A stretch of 63,062 nt of DNA, the filler included. It is 5 parts of 5 records of this genome, joined end to end, with 100 filler letters (N's around TTAATTAATTAA, not from the genome) between each part and the next. Parts side by side here need not be neighbours in the genome. Positions count along the whole stretch, not along the records: positions 57,330 to 63,062 come from SRR2962707_692; 4 more parts are not named here. The stretch is one strand, 5' to 3'. Positions 57,374 to 63,062 of the stretch are shown piece after piece. Each line of letters begins with the position of its first letter. The first letter of the stretch is position 1. The notes beneath the pieces are model-generated. The model saw nothing but the letters and a program-made list of their open reading frames with translations. It had not been told where the DNA came from and made no database searches. Position numbers and translations under genes: made by a program.

Positions 57374-60300
57374 TCCCTTCACGCTCAGAGCGGCGTAAAC
57401 CCACTTACTGATTGGGTGCACAGTTTGCAGCCACCAAGTGGCGATGCGACGGTCGAAACCTTTGGGCAGGTGGCACTATCGTCGCATGGTCAACCCAACG
57501 ACACTGTTGTTGCTACTGCGGACTCGACCCAGTTCGACAGCGATCCTCGCTCGACATTAGATCCGGAGCACACTCCTGCCCGGCAACCACACACCACGCC
57601 ACGGGCTTCGAACGGGCCAACTGCAAGTCAATCTAATGACGATGTGCCCAAGTCAGGGCGCGGCCTAGACTCCCCGATTTGCCACACAGGTTCTAGCAGC
57701 ATCGCCGCGCTGCAGGAGAATTATCGCATGTGCAAGACACAAAGCCTGCAAGCACAGGCTGCTGTTTACACACAGGCACAGCCTGCTTCACAAGGGCCGC
57801 CACCACCAACAAAATCCGATGCCAAGCTCCCCCAGTCGCATGCTTTAGCCGGCTTTATCTGCCCTACCTGCTTTCTGCCCCACACTAGTGTTGCCACGCT
57901 GCTCGAGCATTTCCAAACATGCACAGCGGGCACCCAGCAAACGGAGGCCAGATCTCGCGAGCCGCCTACTTCCGTCATGCAATCACAGCAAGGTGTGCTA
58001 TTGGCGCTCTCGTGTCGTTCTTCAGAGATTGCAGGGCGTGATCCTGCAGTCGCTAGGGCATTGCGGTCGATGAACGGCCTATCCTTGCCAGACAAAAGTG
58101 TTGCGTCGTGCTTGCACTGCGGAGCAGAATTTGGAGTTTTTAACCGACAACACCATTGTCGAGGTTGTGGCCTGGTTTTTTGTGGTGGTTGCACCCAGTG
58201 GCGCGTGCAACTCCCCGCGGCATTCCAGCAAGTGGGCACTGTGCGAGTGTGTATCATTTGCCAGCAACTTGGCAGTGAGGCCTGCAAGAACTTGTGTCCT
58301 CAACAATTGCACGCTGTGGTGACCCTTGCTGAACCTGTGCTGGAAAGTCAGAACCGCGCTTGCAACGGCAACGAAGACAACACCCGCGACGCCCAGACAG
58401 ACAAGTCCGCAGAAGGAATTGAAGCTCATTTCAAATTCTTCGACCTGTCGCCGTTGTCTGCTTCACTCAAAGAGCTGAAAGCGCAGTTTCAAAAGCGCCT
58501 TCGACAAGCGCATCCAGATACGCGGGAAACTAGTAGTGGTCCGTCAACCAAGCACGCCGCCAGCTCACTCGAGGACATCAAGGCACGGTTTGCGGCCGCC
58601 AAAGCATGGCTCAACGGACCCAGAACGCTACCCACAGCGTCCCGAACGAAAAACCGAGCACTCACGTCCACAACTGCAACTGCGACCATCAACACCGCTG
58701 ACACGGCATGCACAATATGCTTTCGCCCCTTCACAGTCGCATTCCGGCGTCATCACTGTCGCAAATGCGGGCAAGCCGTTTGTGGGGTCTGCTCGCCAGC
58801 GAAGCGGCAGCTTGAGGAATACGGGTTTGAAGGCATCGTGCGTCACTGCACCCTTTGCATCACGGATCCCGGGCGCTTCGATCGAACGCAGCAGCCGACA
58901 CTGCGCCTGGCTGATCGCATCCGTCCACCAGGCAAACAATACCTCTCGGATCTTGAGGTGACGATAGACGCGCAGTGCAGTGACCTCAAGACCGTGACTA
59001 TTGTGTGCAAGTACGCGCCTCGACGTTCTGTCGACGGCGGTTGCATCAGCGCGGCTGCTGCAGACGACGAGCTGGGCAGCTACATCCTGGTGGTCGAACG
59101 TCGCACGAAAGACATTCAGTGGCTTCAACAGAGTCTGGTAAAGGCCGGCCACTCGCGCAAAAGCATCCCTCCCCTGCGATTGGGCCAGGTGTCACCCAAA
59201 ACGCGAATTAACCGGCTGCTGGCTGTGATAGGGGGAAAGAAAGCACAGGTACAGCGCATGGACAAAGAAAATGCCATGGCCACTGCAAACGCGATTCGTG
59301 TCTTCTTGTCGGCGCTGGCGACACACCCCATGTTCCGTCGAAACCAATGGCTCTGGGCCTTGCTGAGTTTGGATGAGCTGCAGCTGGGGCGTTTGCAGAA
59401 ATTGCCGCATTCTCACACCGATCAGATACCAGTATCCAACGACACAAGCGACCTGATCGAGGCGTTCACTGCTGCCCACCCCTTACGGCACTGGATCCAA
59501 CTTCTCATCGAGCGAGACGTGGTGAACCTCAACTTGGCCGAGTTGGCTCCTCGTCGACACAGACTGGCACAGCGAGCAAGTGCAGCGAGCGATCGCAAGC
59601 AAACGCAACATATGAGGTCCGCTGCTGTCAGCCCTGCCGCGAAAACCCAATGCCACCTTGAAAGCATGTCGGGGCGTCGCCGGGAGCTTTGTGCAGCGCA
59701 GTTACAAAGTGGGAAACAGCGGCGAGTGCGGCAGGACAGCACGCCAAAGTTGGTCTGCATCGACCGCGACGATGACGAAGAAGAGTTTTCTCAGCTATGC
59801 CAACAGCGCAATGAGCACACGGCAGCGTTTTCTTCATTGTGCACCGCGTTTGAACCCGCAATACGCGCCTGCAACGACGAGTTTACTGCCAATGGCTCAG
59901 CGCATACGGCATCTACGGTGAACAAGTGTGACTGGTTACCACCGCTCCACCGCTGCATGCTGGAGAACGAAAACTTCGTGCGCGACCCAAGTGAACCTGG
60001 CGAACCGTGCCCCCGCCTGCTGGAGGATATGGAAAGGCGGCGGGGCGAACTATTTAAAGGCGTCCCTCAGCTCACTGGCGAAGCTGATGCCGAGGGCATG
60101 GAATTAGCGTTGGAGCTAGAGCGTCTTGAAACCGAGAGGGACAAAACTCTGCCACGCGTTGCGGAGGTCATCGAACTTGGAACGGCCCAGCGGGATGAAG
60201 AGGTCGCGGAGTCCGAAGCCTGCGCAACTGTGCGAAGCGAGGAACGTCGACTGCGTCGCGACAAGGAAGAGGTTGTCAACCACGACCTTGAACTACGAGA

Positions 60301-62969
60301 GAGCCGTCTGCGAGAAAGAGCAGAGCGTCAAGGCAAGCGTGCGATGGACCAGAATTCCCGCCGTGATGCCGCTATTCAACGAGACTGTGCGTACCGCCAG
60401 CGCTGCGTGGCGTGTGAAGAAGCAGCTTCTGTGTTGACCACGCTATCACAGGTGAATATTCAGCGCACTCGGAAGGCGCGAACAATGCTGGACCAGCAAC
60501 GAGGGACTGTGGTGGTGCTGAATTTCCCACGAGATGCTGAGGTGGAAGAGCGCCTCCACAACACTGAGCAGGCCGCCCAATACAAGCAATTGAGTCAGGC
60601 ACAGTTACGGCAGGCAACTGCAGACGTGACGCAGAACGAGCAAGCCATGCAGCGACTGCAGCAGGACGCGTCTCAGGTTGCTCACGAGCGTGTCGCCAAC
60701 AGCGAAGGCAACCCGCGCACCGTGCATGAGACGGTCGAGGAACCGCCCCGGGTGGACACATTTAACTGGGACGTTTGGTGCCGCCGGCAAACCGTCGACC
60801 GGGGGTTGTCGACTGAACTCGAGCGACTGTTGCAAGAACACAGCGATGTAACACGTGACGTGGAGGCACTCCGCTGCGCCCAGTCACGGGTGTCCCAGGA
60901 ACTGCGCGATATAAACCGCGTCGATGCCAGCTGTGACCGGTTGGCGTCCGCTCTAAAAGAGGAGGATGAGTTGTTCCAGAACGAGCAGGCGATATGCGTG
61001 GAGAAGAAACAGCGAGTGGTTAACGCACTTGATGCAGCAGTAGCCGTGCAACTGAAGCGCACCAGCCAAATTGCGGAGGTCCGTGCAGCTGCCATCTCGA
61101 GGATAGAATCAGTGAATGGGTGGAAACTGCGTGCCAACAGCCTCACAGGCGCAAGTCAACGCCGATGCGCAGTGTCTGCCCGCGTTGCTAACGAGCTGAA
61201 TGGCATCGAGCGCAGCTACGAAGCCCAGATTGAGCAGCAGGAGTGTGAACGCGCCCGGTTGTTTTTTCCAGAAGCAGATGTGCCCCCAATAGGTCCACTC
61301 GCACAGCAGGCGGACCGCCTTGTCAGTGAACGCTGCAGTGACGCTGGGGCGACACAGGATCTGCTGCAGCAGGTGTCGGACACCAAGGAATGGATTGCTG
61401 CCCGGCGTCAGCAACTTTTGCAGTTGTCACAGACACCGCGCGAACACACACAGCTTGATGAGTGTTGGCAAAAGTACACTGCATCTCTTCGCGCTTTGCC
61501 GCGTGATCTTGCCTCGTTCCACTGCGTGACATGGTTCAACAGTGTGAAACAGCGCGTGGACGCGTACACACAACACCATTCCGGGGACCTGAGCCGCCTC
61601 CTTCAGCAGGTCGATGAGTTGCTCGGTGAAGCTGGCTGTGCTGCGGGAGGGGTGGATGCTGCTTGTTGTGCCCTGAGAAACGCCCTGAGCGGCGAGGAAG
61701 AGCAGGAGGACTCGGCTACGCGTCTTGTGAGCCAGGTCGTGATTGCTCAGAACGAATCAAAGACACAGCGAGAGGCAAAAGAGCACAGGTTGGTTCATGA
61801 TTTGCAAGTTTCGACCAACGCGACGTCAACTCTCGAAACTGAATTGTCCAGAGTGCGCAGCAGTGTGTTTGAGGCGAGCTCTTTCATGGTTGACCTGGGC
61901 TCTCTTCAACGGGCAGCCGGGTCGCTGCGTGAGAAAGCTGGCATTGCCAAATCAGCAAGGCAGCAGCACGTGACTACTTCTGATGACGTGCAAACGGTGC
62001 TGCACATGCTGGGTCGTTTACAACACCAGTGCAGCGACGATTGCAAAACGCTGCGTGTCAGTCAGTTTGACCGCTTATTGGGCGAGCTGCGCCAACTGAA
62101 TGAGACGCTCAGGCACATGCAGACGGAAGCATCCCGCCTGCAGCCAAATCTAAACGAGCTTGGTTCAGCATGTCAATCTGTGCATCCCGACGATACGTGG
62201 TTGCAATCCTTTCGCAATGAACAGCAGCAAGCAGTCCAACAGCTTGAGCAGCTGGCTCACGGCACCACTGAAACCACCGATGAGGTCCAACGGCTCTCCG
62301 CTGCACTGCAAAACTGTCAAACGTTTGTGCGTGACTGCCACGACCTTGTTACCGAGGTGCAGCAGATTTTTTACTCTGAAATAGACAACGCTCAGTCTCA
62401 TTACGAGCGACTCCGTCGTGACGAAGAACGAAGGTTCGTGATGTTGGGTAGTGCGGACTCCGGCACGCCGATTGATTGCGTTCACGTAGTGGTTTCGCCG
62501 GTTTTGCATGCTGCCGTCGCGTCTCGATTTTTCGCTTCCTTGTGCACACATGGAATGAGTCTGTTTTCATGCGTTGCCTTCAATCCGACATTTGATAGGC
62601 GCGAAGAAGAAGAAGAAGAACGCCGACGGCTGGAAAGGCAGCGCAATTTGGAGCGGTTCGTACACACACATGGACAAGCATGCATACATGCATGCATTCT
62701 ACGCGACCACATGCATGCAATCTATTCGACCAAAAGTACACGTGTGAGACACGATTGCGAAACTCGTATCGCAGTGGCTCTTGAAAGTACAGTAGGTACT
62801 GCAGTACGTGTGTCGGTACTCGCACTCAATACGTCACGTCACGTGCGTCACGGATTTGATTGGATTTGCTTGTTGTGTTGCATGTTTGCAATATTGGTCT
62901 CGATGCTTCCGACAGCCAACAGGAAGAAGAACGGCAGCGAGAGCGGCAGCGAGAGCGGCAGCGAGAACT
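57374..62969 (+). CDS. Eukaryotic ZnF-FYVE-J-domain-FYVE-PX-like coiled-coil protein (partial; exons about 57374-62433, 62599-62655, 62916-62969)
   Basis: GFICPTC..H (57851); CLHC..RQHHCRGCG..C..C..RVC (58109-58261); HPD (58511-58519); CTIC..RRHHCRKCG (58709-58859); PX-like V.RR..DI.WL...IPPL...FL..L..HP; long heptad region. Confidence 0.8.
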
Positions 62970-63037
62970 GTATGTGTCGTTCATGTAGCACCAAAACTCG
63001 TCTCTGAGAGCAAAACAAGCATTGTTGTCTTGTCGGA

Positions 63038-63062
63038 TTGTTGTTGTTGTTGTTGTTGTTGT
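63038..63062. repeat. (TTG)n microsatellite at the window end
   Basis: About 8 TTG units. Confidence 0.85.

Noticed and set aside
57335-63007. A single unspliced 1890-aa protein
   Set aside because: The start lies in a TG microsatellite and the end reads through probable introns; the gene appears partial at both ends.

Overview
This window is five unrelated contigs joined by artificial spacers (44 N + TTAATTAATTAA + 44 N). (1) 1-22855 is AT-rich and Bacteroidetes-like (probably Cytophagales). It holds an alkylation-repair cluster, an AhpD/YHS/SnoaL/AraC cluster, a sensor with a His-box but no ATPase domain, ddl, several lipoproteins and a Lys/Ala-rich protein. It also holds a tightly coupled five-gene envelope operon: a small 2-TM protein, a 6-TM protein, two DUF4230-like proteins and a signal-less PG-binding/CHAP hydrolase. 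(2) 22956-36942 is GC-richer and Rhodobacteraceae-like: an assimilatory nitrate/nitrite cluster (ABC ATPase, nirB, nirD, nasA, ybiB-like, cysG), a hydrolase/AraC divergon, a 7TM histidine kinase, a structured intergenic region and the start of a large adhesin. (3) 37043-50723 is Bacteroidetes-like: coaBC-DUF4835-recN-fabI-ispE, a RelE/ParE-type TA pair, a serine hydrolase, a 7TM-DISM kinase, SulP, TPR, YbjQ, DMT and a partial LptF/G. (4) 50824-57229 is eukaryotic and intron-rich: a TBC Rab-GAP gene converging on an LRR gene. (5) 57330-63062 is eukaryotic: a roughly 5 kb exon encoding ZnF-FYVE-J-FYVE-PX-coiled coil. The best candidates for undescribed biology are the phage-free lysis/secretion-like DUF4230-CHAP operon and the FYVE-J-FYVE-PX protein. 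I saw no rRNA, tRNA, CRISPR array or transposase. Family and taxon assignments come from motif recognition by eye, not from database searches.
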